Assembly: GCA_963727625.1 (NCBI GenBank)
Contig: CAVSHR010000004.1
Coordinates: forward strand, 992,001 to 1,056,000
Origin: an uncultured delta proteobacterium
GTDB lineage: Bacteria > Desulfobacterota > Binatia > UBA9968
Direction of reading: 5' to 3'
DNA length: 64,000 nt
In this document: piece by piece, positions 49,748 to 60,009 of the stretch
Numbering within the stretch: the stretch's first letter is position 1
How the letters are laid out: the number at the start of each line of letters is the position of its first letter
The notes under the pieces: generated by a model
The model's input: only the letters and a program-made list of their open reading frames with translations
Database searches by the model: none
What the model was told of the DNA's origin: nothing
Position numbers and translations under genes: made by a program

Positions 49748-50158
49748 CTAACGGGTCGACTTGGGATCGACACCGGCGGGCAAGCACCACAGGGTATATT
49801 CGTAATAGAGTTGAGTGGTTTTTGCCTGCCTGCCGCCGGACCGCTCGGCACCGGCAGACACCGACGCGCTCACGCCGTCGGCGACAATCGACTGCGACAC
49901 CGGTTCGCCCGGATACGTCGAAGCTAAGCCATCGATGAGTTTCTTATGCTCTATTCGCAGCGCGGCAATGCATTCCTTGCGCGCATCCACCGCATTGAGC
50001 AACTCCCACTTGTCGACGTTGCCTTCGGCGCTCAGACCGCGCGGCGCCCCCTCCACCCGCCGGCTCACCTTGCTATGCTGCCAGAGCAGCCAGGCTGCAT
50101 CGGCGCTGGCCGCTGTCAGGCCGATCACGATCATGGCCAAGGCGATACTTTTCTTCAT
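49748..50158 (-). CDS. Hypothetical secreted protein
   Basis: Signal peptide, AWLLW, two Cys and a C-terminal CLPAGVDPK. AGGAGAGAGG RBS. Confidence 0.7.
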   Translation of the reverse strand: MKKSIALAMIVIGLTAASADAAWLLWQHSKVSRRVEGAPRGLSAEGNVDKWELLNAVDARKECIAALRIEHKKLIDGLASTYPGEPVSQSIVADGVSASVSAGAERSGGRQAKTTQLYYEYTLWCLPAGVDPKSTR

Positions 50159-50349
50159 GCCTCTCTCCTAAATTCGCTATTCTTTGTCTGCGGCGGCCTA
50201 TCCCGATCAAACTGCTCGTCGAACGACGTCGAGTCAGTATACTCGCCGGCAGGCGGCGGAGAAAGTACGGCGGCAGATCGATCAGTTGCAATTCCCGGCG
50301 AACCCAACTAGGTAAAAGACAAAATCCGCACAAACCACAGGGAGGAATT

Positions 50350-51492
50350 ATGGCGCGAGATTTAGTGATCGATGCCGACGGCCACTGTTATGAACCGGAC
50401 AGCGAGCTCGCGAAATGGATGCCCAAAGAACTCGCCCACCTGGCGCCTAACCGCGTCACCGACAGCTCCGGTTACGCGCACTTGATGATCGAAGGCCGCC
50501 TCGCGGGGCGGCGCCGTTGGGGCGGGGGTGCCGACCGCGGCGAAGTTTTTGCGCCCCACATCGAGCGCAGCCGCCCGGGCATGACCGATCCCTTGAAGCG
50601 GCTGCCCGACATGGATGAGGAAGGCATCGACGTCGCGATTATCTTCGGCACTTCCATCGCGTTGATGGTGAACGGCATGGCGGACAAACCGCTCGCCGCC
50701 GCGGTGTGCCACGCGGTCAACCGCTGGCTGGTGGAAGAGTATCTCGCCGCCGATCCCAAGCGATTGAAGGGCGTCGGCCTGATTCCCGTGCAAGATCCGC
50801 CCGCGGCGGTCAAGGAGTTGGAGTTCCTCGCCAAGCAGCGCGCCATCGTCACGGCCATGCTGCCGACCAACGTCTATGGCATCAACCTCGGCCATCGCAT
50901 GTTCGACCCGGTCTACGCCGCGGCGCAGGAAATCGGCATGCCGCTGTCGGTTCATCCGCAGACCGAGCACGACGGCCAGTACGGAGTTTGGGGTGTCATG
51001 GGCGCCGGCAGCGAGCGCATGGAAAAGTACAGCTACGTGCACATGACTGCTTTCCCCTTCGAGCTGATGATCGCGCTCATGCATATGATCGGCGAGGGCG
51101 TGTTCGACCGTTATCCGAAGCTCAAGGTCGCCTGCATGGAAGGCGCCTGCGGCTGGGTGCCGTTCTGGGCCGAGCGCTTGGACGAGCACTTTCACAAGCT
51201 TCGCCCGCAGTGGCCGCTGCTCAAACGCAAGCCGTCGGAGATCATCAAGAGTCCCCAAGTGGCTTTCACCTGCGAACCGGAAGAAGCGATTCTCCCCTAC
51301 GTGCTCGACACCATCGGCATCACCCAGGTGATGTACGCCTCGGATTACCGACATTGGGATTCGGAATTCCCCAACTCGGTGCGCGAGGTGCGCAAGATCC
51401 CGAACATGACCGAAGACAAGCTCAGCCACGTGCTCGGCGAGAACGCGCGGAATTGGTTTGGCCTAAAGTCCGAAGATCTTCCGGCCGGATAA
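50350..51492 (+). CDS. Amidohydrolase_2 family protein
   Basis: IDADGH, DMDEEGID, VHP and ASDYRHWD motifs. Confidence 0.9.
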   Translation: MARDLVIDADGHCYEPDSELAKWMPKELAHLAPNRVTDSSGYAHLMIEGRLAGRRRWGGGADRGEVFAPHIERSRPGMTDPLKRLPDMDEEGIDVAIIFGTSIALMVNGMADKPLAAAVCHAVNRWLVEEYLAADPKRLKGVGLIPVQDPPAAVKELEFLAKQRAIVTAMLPTNVYGINLGHRMFDPVYAAAQEIGMPLSVHPQTEHDGQYGVWGVMGAGSERMEKYSYVHMTAFPFELMIALMHMIGEGVFDRYPKLKVACMEGACGWVPFWAERLDEHFHKLRPQWPLLKRKPSEIIKSPQVAFTCEPEEAILPYVLDTIGITQVMYASDYRHWDSEFPNSVREVRKIPNMTEDKLSHVLGENARNWFGLKSEDLPAG

Positions 51493-51728
51493 TTTGTTAC
51501 CTGCGCGCTGCTAACAAACGGTGAGGGCGGTCAACCGCCCTTACAGTCTCGATCCCCGAACCTTGTGGATTTGTCCGCGTTGCAGCCTTCGCGGTGCGAG
51601 TTTGTTTCCCAAACCTTTGCGCCCTTGGCCGCTGCTTGCGGTTTTTTTTCTTTGGTTAATTTCCCTCCTTGCGATTAACGTTTCTCGGGACGGGTTAAAC
51701 TCCCTCGCCTTCAAATGCAGTGAAAGGT

Positions 51729-51815
51729 CGTCATGCCGGTGAACGCCGGCATCCAGGTTCGTTTTCGCTTCGGGGTCAAAGTACGGCTGCACTCAGGCTT
51801 GCGCCGCAATGCCGG
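51729..51815. repeat. Degenerate GTCATGCCGG...REP-like palindromic element
   Basis: CGTCATGCCGGTGAACGCCGGCATCCAGG with a decayed second arm. Confidence 0.4.
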
Positions 51816-52197
51816 GAACAAGATTTGGCAAACGTGTCGAATTTCCCGGCCACGATTTACAATCCCGTCGCTTTTGCCGACCCGCGGGTTAGTTCTCGAA
51901 GCGTCATCGAATTTTCTATGAACCAGCTCAAGCGGGAAACCGAGAATTCAACCAGCCGGTTTCGTGATCGGTGCCGTTTTCTGTTGTCGGCGGGTGGCGG
52001 CTTTTGTCTCTTGGAGCGGTCATCTCAACATCAAAAACCGGCGACCAAGCCTTTAAACGACGCCTGTTCTTTAATCTTATGTCGTTCAATCAAGATGTTG
52101 CGCCGGTCCGCCCCCTGGCAACGGGACGGTTCGCAGGGCAGCGGCGATTTGCCGTCAGGAACATAAGAGCCTTATAATTATGAGTCAGGAGTTTGCC

Positions 52198-52575
52198 ATG
52201 AACAAAATAATGAGGATTTCTGTCGTGTTTTTGGTGTCGATCTCTTGCACAGGCTGCTTCATGACCTCTTTTCTTGTCGAGGGTGGCCTCAAGGAAGGGC
52301 GCGACGAAGTATCGGCGTCGTCCGAGCAAGAAACCATTCATGGATCCCTTTATGGTTTTGAATGGTCGAAACGCACACGGAAGAAGAGTCAGGATAATGG
52401 CCTGTACAAAGTGGAAGTCAGCACAAATGGTCTGTATTTGATTGCCTCAGTTATAACCCTTGGTTTTTATGTTCCACAGGACGTTCAATGGTGGTTGGTG
52501 CAAGAAAAAAGACCCCCAACAAACAACCCTTACGTTCCTAAAAAAAAGACAAATAATGAACCCGCTAATAAATAG
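52198..52575 (+). CDS. Putative lipoprotein (Bor-like motif)
   Basis: Lipobox-like CTGC and SVITLGFYVP. AT-rich. Confidence 0.6.
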   Translation: MNKIMRISVVFLVSISCTGCFMTSFLVEGGLKEGRDEVSASSEQETIHGSLYGFEWSKRTRKKSQDNGLYKVEVSTNGLYLIASVITLGFYVPQDVQWWLVQEKRPPTNNPYVPKKKTNNEPANK

Positions 52576-52586
52576 AGTTCTGAATA

Positions 52587-53552
52587 ATGAGTATACGAAA
52601 TTTGATCATCTGTTTTGATGGCACGTGGAATGATGCAAAAAACATGGACGGCGGCGAAAATGCCCCCACCAATGTCTACAAGTTTTATGACGCGTTGGCC
52701 TCATCTGTCCAAAACCCACCGACAACCCAAGAAAGATATTATGAGGATGGAGTTGGAACACGCCCCATGGAAGCCATTCCCGGAGGTATTTACGGCTACG
52801 GCCTCCCCAAACGTGTACAGGGTGCCTATCGATGGCTCAGCGAACAATTTAACAGCACCCGATTTCCAAGAACGGAGAACAAGGTTGTCATCATCGGTTT
52901 TAGCCGGGGTGCTTACACCGCACGCCGCCTGGCCGGCCTGATAAATTTTTGTGGCTTACCCCTGGACCCCAATGATGATGACGATGCGTGGGAGATCTAT
53001 AGCAGGAAAGACAACAACGGAGCCCAGCACATGCTGCGCTCCGGCCATTGTTATAAAATCCCGATTGAAATGGTGGGTGTTTTCGACACCGTCAAAACCA
53101 CGCTGGATGCGGATTTTAACGATTCACAATTGAGCAGCAATGTGGTTGCCGGCTTCCATGCCATGGGCATTGACGAAATGCGCGTAGACTTTCCCGTGCT
53201 GAAATGGGAACAAGACCCCAGAGTGCTGCAAAAGTGGTTTGCCGGCGTACACTGCGATGTCGGGGGCGGCTATAAACAAAAAGCCCTCTCCGATGTAGTG
53301 TTGATGTGGATGATCAATAGGGCCTACGAGCATGGTGTTCAATTCGACGGCAATTACATCGAAAAAAAAATAAAGCCCAACCCCAAGGGCAAGCTTCACA
53401 AATCCTACACAGGGATGTGGTTGGCTCGCGGCTCAAAACAACGCAAGATCGACCAGACGGATTTGTTGGATGACAGTGTGAGAATACGACTGACCACGGC
53501 CAACTATCATCCCACTAATATTCCCAAGAAACCCAGATTCACAGAGGACTAG
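52587..53552 (+). CDS. DUF2235 (Tle1-like) alpha/beta hydrolase / phospholipase
   Basis: ICFDGTWN, TNV, GVGT, GFSRGAYTAR, GVFDTV and WFAGVHCDVGGG motifs. Confidence 0.88.
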   Translation: MSIRNLIICFDGTWNDAKNMDGGENAPTNVYKFYDALASSVQNPPTTQERYYEDGVGTRPMEAIPGGIYGYGLPKRVQGAYRWLSEQFNSTRFPRTENKVVIIGFSRGAYTARRLAGLINFCGLPLDPNDDDDAWEIYSRKDNNGAQHMLRSGHCYKIPIEMVGVFDTVKTTLDADFNDSQLSSNVVAGFHAMGIDEMRVDFPVLKWEQDPRVLQKWFAGVHCDVGGGYKQKALSDVVLMWMINRAYEHGVQFDGNYIEKKIKPNPKGKLHKSYTGMWLARGSKQRKIDQTDLLDDSVRIRLTTANYHPTNIPKKPRFTED

Positions 53553-53619
53553 ATTTCATAAAATTGTCAATTCAAGAAGTTGTCTTGGACCGACCCGGCG
53601 GCTCCTCGAATATTTGAAA

Positions 53620-54759
53620 TTACGGTTCGCCGAAAAACTTGACCGCGTTGCCGTAAAGAATCTTGCGCTTTTGGGAATCGATTATGTCCTCGCGGGCAAG
53701 AATTTCTTTCGCCGCGTCGTGCCGGCCTTCGCCGTGGGGCAAGTCGGAAGAGTAGAGAATCTGATCCTCGCCAAGCAAATCGATTTCTTGCAACAGCATT
53801 CGATCGTCGGCTTCGCCGGCAATAAAAATCCGACCGGACTTTGCCTGCTCTTCGATGGTTTTTTGGGAAAGTCCGTTTTTGATCGGCATCTGACTTCGAT
53901 CAATCGGCAGATAGTGATCGAGGCGCGGCACCATGTACAAGATCCATTCCGCTCCGAACTCGAGGAACCCGACTTTCAAATTCGGATAACGGTCCAACAT
54001 GCCGTAGCCGACGATGGCGACAAAGGCCATCATCGCCGGCAGGCTCATGCCGATGCCGTGCGCGGCAAGCAACCCATCACAGACTTCCAGAAACGGCGGA
54101 TAACTCATTCCCATGTGCACGCAGAGCGGCAGACCCGAACGATGGAGCTCGTCCCATACCGGCGCGAAACTCTTGTCGCAGAGCAGGCGGTCGCCGGCGG
54201 TGCCGTAAACCACTGCGGCGGTGGCGCCGAGTCTGGTCATTTCCTCGATAGCGTCAAGCCCTTGCCGCGTATCGCGCAGAGGGAGTAAGCCGGCCCACTT
54301 CAGGCGTTTCGGAAAGCTCTGGCATTGCCGGCCAACGTAACGATTATAAGACCGCATAAGCGCCGCTTCAAAACCAGGATCCCGGGTCATGCGCGCATAC
54401 AGGGTGGTCGGATAAAGCATCTGATGGTCGACGCCCATGAAGTCCATGCTTCCCAGTCGCGCCGCCGGATCCGATAAATCGAAACTGCTCAGTGGAAACG
54501 CTTCACTGGTTGGCTTCGCGCCGAACTCTTCGAGCACTCGCGCAGGCTCGTTGCCCGGCTGGCTTCCCGCGCCTAAAGCATGAGGAATGATCTGCCCTTC
54601 GACCAACCAACCGTTGGTCCAGCGGCCCATGTCCGATTCATCGTGAACGCGCGTGGGCCGCGGTCGTCGCACCTGGTATTCGCTGGGCAGCGTCTCCCAC
54701 ATGCGCGGGCTCATCATGGTGTGGGCGTCGGCGTCAAAAAGCTTATAACCTTGAAGCAT
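53620..54759 (-). CDS. Amidohydrolase_2 family protein
   Basis: FDADAH, CVH, FLEFGAEW and SSDLPH motifs. Confidence 0.88.
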   Translation of the reverse strand: MLQGYKLFDADAHTMMSPRMWETLPSEYQVRRPRPTRVHDESDMGRWTNGWLVEGQIIPHALGAGSQPGNEPARVLEEFGAKPTSEAFPLSSFDLSDPAARLGSMDFMGVDHQMLYPTTLYARMTRDPGFEAALMRSYNRYVGRQCQSFPKRLKWAGLLPLRDTRQGLDAIEEMTRLGATAAVVYGTAGDRLLCDKSFAPVWDELHRSGLPLCVHMGMSYPPFLEVCDGLLAAHGIGMSLPAMMAFVAIVGYGMLDRYPNLKVGFLEFGAEWILYMVPRLDHYLPIDRSQMPIKNGLSQKTIEEQAKSGRIFIAGEADDRMLLQEIDLLGEDQILYSSDLPHGEGRHDAAKEILAREDIIDSQKRKILYGNAVKFFGEP

Positions 54760-55098
54760 GGTCGCCTCCTTCGAATCTTCTCGCTCGCCATAATCTGCGA
54801 TCCTTTGTTCTTTCCACCTCACGATTCATTAAACCTGCGCCGATGCGATCGCAAGCCCTTTTCGTGGCGAAGAGACGACCAACAGCTGCGGTTCGTCAAC
54901 CTCGGTCAACTCGAGCCTCGAGAGATATCCAAACTCGCGACTGTCCAATGTAGAAAACAGTTGCAAACATCCCGCCTATTTGAGGACCGATTTTACCTGG
55001 CCTCTAAGATTGCCAGGAAAGACTGTCGAGACCCAAAAGTCCGCCCGGAGACGACGACCATTAAACGGGAGTGTACAAGGAGGGTACGCTCGTCTAGG

Positions 55099-56082
55099 AT
55101 GAAGGCTATGCTAGACAACTTCCTGCAGATTCTTCCAGAGGTCATTTTCGACGCCGCCGAGAAATTGGGCGGGCGTTGCACCGGCCGCTTATACGCGCTC
55201 AATGCGCTGGAAAACCGTGTGTACGACATCGAGATGGAAGAAGGCCCGCACGTCATCATCAAATTTTACCGCCCCGGCCGCTGGAGCCGCGCCACGATTC
55301 AGGCCGAGCACGATTTTCTGAAGGGCCTCGAAGAAAGCGAAATTCCCGTCGTCTGCCCGCTCACCGACGACAACGGACAAAGTATTTTCGAGATCAATGA
55401 AGTCATGTTCACCATCTTCCCAAAGCGTCCGGGGCGACTCGAGCCGGAACTGACGACCGAACAGCTCACCCGCCTGGGAAGGTTCATGGCTCGCCTTCAT
55501 AACGTCGGGGCGATGGTCAAAGCCGCCCCCCGGCTGCGGCTCGATCCGCAAACCTATGGGCGAGACCCATTGAAGTTTTTGAAAGACGGAAACCTCGTTC
55601 CGATGGAACTCGCAAGTCGCTTCGAAACGATCGTAACGCAAATTTGCGACTCAATGACTCCTCGTTTCGAGGATGTCGAGTACGTTCTGCTCCACGGCGA
55701 TTGCCACTCCGGAAATATTTTGTGGAATAGAGATGATCCGTACTTCATCGATTTCGACGACATGCTCTACGCGCCTCCCGTTCAAGACATCTGGATGCTC
55801 ACGGGCGGAGACGACGACTACGGGAAAGCGCGAAGGGAGATCCTGCTCGAAGCCTACGAACAGATCAGAACTTTCGACATGACGACGATACAGCTCATCG
55901 AGCCGTTGCGGGCGCTGCGCATGATTCACTTTTCCGCGTGGGTTGCGCGCCGCTGGGAAGACAGCGCTTTCAAACTGGCATTTCCCGACTTCGGCACCGA
56001 GCACTATTGGCAGGAGCAGATCGAAGCGCTCGCGCTGCAATTGGAAAAAGTCCGGTACGCCACGACCGAACTCTACCGTTGA
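55099..56082 (+). CDS. srkA: SrkA/RdoA Ser/Thr kinase
   Basis: LNALENRVY, KFYRPGRWS, LHGDCH.GNILW, IDFDD and EPLRALR motifs. Confidence 0.88.
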   Translation: MKAMLDNFLQILPEVIFDAAEKLGGRCTGRLYALNALENRVYDIEMEEGPHVIIKFYRPGRWSRATIQAEHDFLKGLEESEIPVVCPLTDDNGQSIFEINEVMFTIFPKRPGRLEPELTTEQLTRLGRFMARLHNVGAMVKAAPRLRLDPQTYGRDPLKFLKDGNLVPMELASRFETIVTQICDSMTPRFEDVEYVLLHGDCHSGNILWNRDDPYFIDFDDMLYAPPVQDIWMLTGGDDDYGKARREILLEAYEQIRTFDMTTIQLIEPLRALRMIHFSAWVARRWEDSAFKLAFPDFGTEHYWQEQIEALALQLEKVRYATTELYR

Positions 56083-56351
56083 GCCGCAGCCGATGCTTAA
56101 GCAAAAGCATTCAATCCCTTCGAGGTTTCGAGAATTCCCGAAGCATGAAAGGACTCCTTCGAATCCTTGAACTTTGAACTTTAAACGCTTGAACCGCCGA
56201 AGGCGCTCACGGTGCTTCCTCGACGAACTCGGAACCGCAGGGCCGTCGAGGAAGCACCGTGAGGCTTCTCCCACGGCCCCGAACCATCCAACGGTTTGAA
56301 CGATTACAGCTTGAGACTTATCCGTTTCTACTCACGCCTCATGCCCCGCGC

Positions 56352-56945
56352 CTATTCCGTGTACCATGTGGTATGGCGCTCCACGGGCAGGCGCTTGGCC
56401 ATCGTCTGCTGCTCGGAGTACCCCAAGAAAATGCACGCCACCGGCCGTTCTTTGTCTGTGAGTCCGAGAATTGGGCCAACGAAGTTTTGGTCGATCCAGT
56501 CGCCTGTGCTGGGATAGCTGCCCAGTCCTCGCGCGGTCGCGGCGACCAGCAGGTTCTCTATCGCGCACCAGCAGGCCGCATAATTCTCCTGGTCGACGAT
56601 TTTTTTCTCGTCGCCCACCATGGAAACGATGATCAGAACCGGGGACGAAAAACATTTATCCCGCGCAAATTTGAGAGCCTCTTCGCTCGCCGGCTCACCT
56701 TTTTTCTCCGCGGCCCAACGTACTGCCGCCTGTCGGGCTTCGACCAAGCGGTCGCGCCCCGCTCCGGAGAACACGTGGAAACGCCAGGGATGAGTTAATT
56801 TGTGGTTGGGCGCCCAGTGAGCGGCGTCGAGCAGCTCCTCGACCCACTCCCGGGGAATCTCGGTGGGAAGGTATTCCTTCACCGAGCGGCGCGTCTTGAT
56901 TGCGGTGAGCGCATCATCGAGAGGGCGCTCCGTTGTGGTTGCCAT
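56352..56945 (-). CDS. Nitroreductase (YdjA-like)
   Basis: IKTRRSV, APNHKLTHPWRF and GLGSY motifs. Confidence 0.88.
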   Translation of the reverse strand: MATTTERPLDDALTAIKTRRSVKEYLPTEIPREWVEELLDAAHWAPNHKLTHPWRFHVFSGAGRDRLVEARQAAVRWAAEKKGEPASEEALKFARDKCFSSPVLIIVSMVGDEKKIVDQENYAACWCAIENLLVAATARGLGSYPSTGDWIDQNFVGPILGLTDKERPVACIFLGYSEQQTMAKRLPVERHTTWYTE

Positions 56946-57226
56946 GATCCTACCTCCTGAATTTGTACCGATTATATCTAAGAAAAAAGTTTTTTCTAGC
57001 CCGAGCAATACCGCCACACCGCGGAGCTGTCAATTCCCTGTCCGTCCGATGAAAATCGTTACTTCCGCTGGCTTGGGCGGCACAGCGGTCGCTGGCGCGC
57101 AAAGTGTTCCGGAACGCGCCGCTCGCTCAAACTCAGACCGAGCGGCTCCGTCGGCATGTGGTGGCAACCGGTTTCGGCTCTCAACAAAGGCTAAACCGCT
57201 GTCAGGTAATTTTTAATTCCTAGCTG

Positions 57227-57541
57227 TCAGCTGCGCTTCAACCCGTCGCGCCAGGCGATCGCTTCGAGTTCGACCCGGACAGCGTCCATAACGGGAATCA
57301 CGGGTCGCGCCTCGAACTCAAAAGCGGGCAACATGGAGCAAAATTTGTGAACCGCCAACGGATCATCGCAATCCAACATCATATACCCACCCCAGTCACC
57401 CACTCTTATGACGAACAGCTCGATCTTGAAATTGGCCGGCGCCTTCCATTGAGTGAAAACCTCCAGTATCCGCTTCTGGGCATTCTCGTATTCCATCGGT
57501 GAACCTTGCGGGCGTTCGGACCAGGTGATCATGTATTTCAT
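57227..57541 (-). CDS. DUF3303-like small protein
   Basis: MKYMITW..RP.GS and GGYM..D motifs. Confidence 0.65.
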   Translation of the reverse strand: MKYMITWSERPQGSPMEYENAQKRILEVFTQWKAPANFKIELFVIRVGDWGGYMMLDCDDPLAVHKFCSMLPAFEFEARPVIPVMDAVRVELEAIAWRDGLKRS

Positions 57542-57640
57542 CGGCATCCTCCTCATCGATTGCGTTGAAATATTCGGAACGATTGCCGTGTCGAGCGTTC
57601 GTCGGATTGGGCGCCCGTCCATCGAGCTCCGACGCGTTTT

Positions 57641-58186
57641 CTATGCCTTGAGGCGGTCCGGTGCGTCATCGGGCGGCGTGATATCGAACGCATTGGCGGT
57701 GCAGCAGGTCATCGAGAACGAGCCAACCCGAGCGACCAGAGCCACCAGCTCTTCAGTGCTAAAGGCTGCTTCGGCGGATGCATAGGTGGCATCGCTCAGC
57801 CCCTTGTCGGCGAGCAGCTCGTTGGCGATCCGATGAGCGAGCAGTTCGCGCTTGTCATCTGTGGGCAGCGCGCTGCGGGCGTTGATCGCGTCAATCTCTT
57901 TCTGCGTGAGTCCAATTTTAAGAGCGTTGCGGCACTGAACGGCCCACGGGTAGTTGGCGCCCCAGAACCGCGCCACGGTCAAGGTGACGATTTGCTGTTC
58001 GCGGGCGGACAGAGTGCTGTCGGCGATGCAGGCTCCCGTGTTCTGGACATTCTGCATCAGTTTGGGATTGCGGATATAGGCCCAGAATGGCCCGCCGTGC
58101 GGCTTGCCGTTGGCTTTGGACGCATCGATCACGGCGCGCTGTTCATCGTTCATGTCGTCGGGGGTCAGAATGGCAATGCGTGTCAT
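57641..58186 (-). CDS. Carboxymuconolactone decarboxylase/AhpD-like protein
   Basis: GGPF...RNP, LSAREQQIV.L.VAR.W...YPW motifs. Confidence 0.8.
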   Translation of the reverse strand: MTRIAILTPDDMNDEQRAVIDASKANGKPHGGPFWAYIRNPKLMQNVQNTGACIADSTLSAREQQIVTLTVARFWGANYPWAVQCRNALKIGLTQKEIDAINARSALPTDDKRELLAHRIANELLADKGLSDATYASAEAAFSTEELVALVARVGSFSMTCCTANAFDITPPDDAPDRLKA

Positions 58187-58690
58187 TGGAGTTCTCCCTG
58201 TTTCTATACCGCCTGGCAGCCCTATTTACCGCAGCTCGATCCTGACCTCGACTGCCGCCGTGGCGCTCACGGAGCGATCGTCAATCGCGCGGGTCGCCCA
58301 ATTCCGGCTGGTCCAACACTATGCGAGCGAGCAATGCGTAGGGGAAATTAAAACGCCTGGTTTTCTCAGTCGCGAGCTATATCGCCACACCGGCGAGCGG
58401 TCAAGTGCAAGTGTGTTTGGTCGTTGAATTACTGCACGCATTGATCGACCGCGTGGGGAGCGCTAAGAAGGATAAGCCGCCGATCATGTGTTTTAGTTTG
58501 CTGTTGCCTGTCGTCTCTGGTCTTTTTTCATCTATTCGCTTTCATCCTTTATCCTTTTTCTCTTGCCTCAAGCCTCAGGCCTCGCGCCTATTCGAGTTGC
58601 CTATTCCGATGGCTTTTGTGCTAGGTTGTCTTGTCGTATGAGAAGTTAATTTTCCACGGTCAGCATTGACGTAATACAAAGGAGGTTTTC

Positions 58691-59125
58691 ATGGCAACGT
58701 TCAAAATCGAAGGCGTCACTCACTGGTCAATACCCGTCAACAATTTAAAGGATTCCGAAGATTTCTACGGCGGGCTGCTCGGGCTCAAACCGGTCGGGCG
58801 CCTCAGCAACAACGTGATGTCCTGCTTTAATGTCGGCGATCATAACATCCTTTTGTGCGAGCGGGAGAAACCGCAGGATAGCACCATCGTCGAAGATCGC
58901 GTGCATCATTCCTTCACGGTAAGCCCCGAAGGGTTCGTGGGGGCCTGCAAGACGCTGCACGAAAAGAAGATTCCCATCGTCGAGCTGGAATACCGCGCCA
59001 AGGGTTATTTCACCGGGCGGGAGCTCTACTTTTACGATCCCAGCGGGAACCGTCTCGAGATCCGCGACCCAAGCTGGAAGAAAGGAATGCCGGAACCGCC
59101 CTATGAAGAGATCGTAAAGTCGTAG
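58691..59125 (+). CDS. VOC/glyoxalase family protein
   Basis: H.SIPV, FY..LLGL, HHSF and YFYDPSGNRLE motifs. Confidence 0.88.
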   Translation: MATFKIEGVTHWSIPVNNLKDSEDFYGGLLGLKPVGRLSNNVMSCFNVGDHNILLCEREKPQDSTIVEDRVHHSFTVSPEGFVGACKTLHEKKIPIVELEYRAKGYFTGRELYFYDPSGNRLEIRDPSWKKGMPEPPYEEIVKS

Positions 59126-59216
59126 GTCTCCGACGCCACGGCCTGCTTGGACGAAGCCCGCTCAACGGGAACGTCTAGATTCGCAACTGGTCAATCAACC
59201 TCATGAGGAGACGTCA

Positions 59217-59861
59217 ATGAAACTCGCTCTTTACTACGCCCCCAACACCTGCGCGCTCGCGCCCTATATCACGCTGACCGAAGCGCGCGCCGACTTCGAG
59301 GCCCGGCCGCTCGATTTCCGCAAGCGGCAGAATTTCTCGCCCGAGTACCTGAAGATCAACCCGAAGCACAAGGTGCCTGCGCTCGTGGTCGACGGCAAGA
59401 TATTGACCGAGAATGTCGCCATCCATCAATGGGTCCATCGGACCTTCCCCGACGCGAAAATCCTGCCCGCCGATCCGTGGGAGGAGTTGCAGGCGGTCTC
59501 GCTGCATGCCTGGTGTGCCAGCGGCATCCACCCCTATCTGAGCCGGATCAACAACCCGCCCAAGGTCTGCGACACAACGGGCGCGTCCGACAGCGTGATC
59601 AAGTTCGCGACGCAAGCTCTGTTCGAGAACTTCCGGATCACCGACGATATGCTGGCCGGGCGTGAGTACTTCTTCGACCATTTCACCGCCCCGGACGCGC
59701 ATTTCTTCTGGTGTTGCCGCCGCGCCACCCAGTTGGGGGTGGACATTTCAAAATTTTCCAACGTCGCGGCGCATTTCAAGCGCATGCAGGAGCGCCCGAG
59801 CGTCAAGAAGCTGGTCGCCTTCGAGAAAGAAGTGCAGGAAGGGTTTGCCAAGACGGCCTAG
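59217..59861 (+). CDS. Glutathione S-transferase (beta-class-like)
   Basis: LYYAPNTCALAP and INPKHKVPAL..LTENVAI motifs. Confidence 0.9.
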   Translation: MKLALYYAPNTCALAPYITLTEARADFEARPLDFRKRQNFSPEYLKINPKHKVPALVVDGKILTENVAIHQWVHRTFPDAKILPADPWEELQAVSLHAWCASGIHPYLSRINNPPKVCDTTGASDSVIKFATQALFENFRITDDMLAGREYFFDHFTAPDAHFFWCCRRATQLGVDISKFSNVAAHFKRMQERPSVKKLVAFEKEVQEGFAKTA

Positions 59862-60009
59862 CAGGCTGCCGAACCAGAAAACAACTGAAACGGAGCGGTT
59901 CTTACTGTTGCCTGATGCCTATTCGTCAACGTCTTGAACGGCTTGACCGATTTGAACGTTCATCTCTACTGTTGCCTATTGCCTCCCGCGTCGTACCGTT
60001 GAACTCCGG

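Noticed and set aside
51493-52180. Long intergenic region as an ncRNA, riboswitch or integron attC array
   Set aside because: It contains only short hairpins and a degenerate REP-like element; I could not match a riboswitch or attC consensus. An Rfam/IntegronFinder scan would settle it.
54580-55098. Long N-terminal extension on SrkA; likewise extensions on ORFs 7328, 12690, 31301, 32539, 45455 and 62246
   Set aside because: The extensions overlap neighbouring genes or repeats; homology and RBS begin at downstream starts.
59135-59875. Possible IS-end remnants (CCACGGCCTGCT / CTAGCAGGCTG) flanking the GST gene
   Set aside because: The matches are too short to distinguish from chance or from the dispersed palindromic repeat family.
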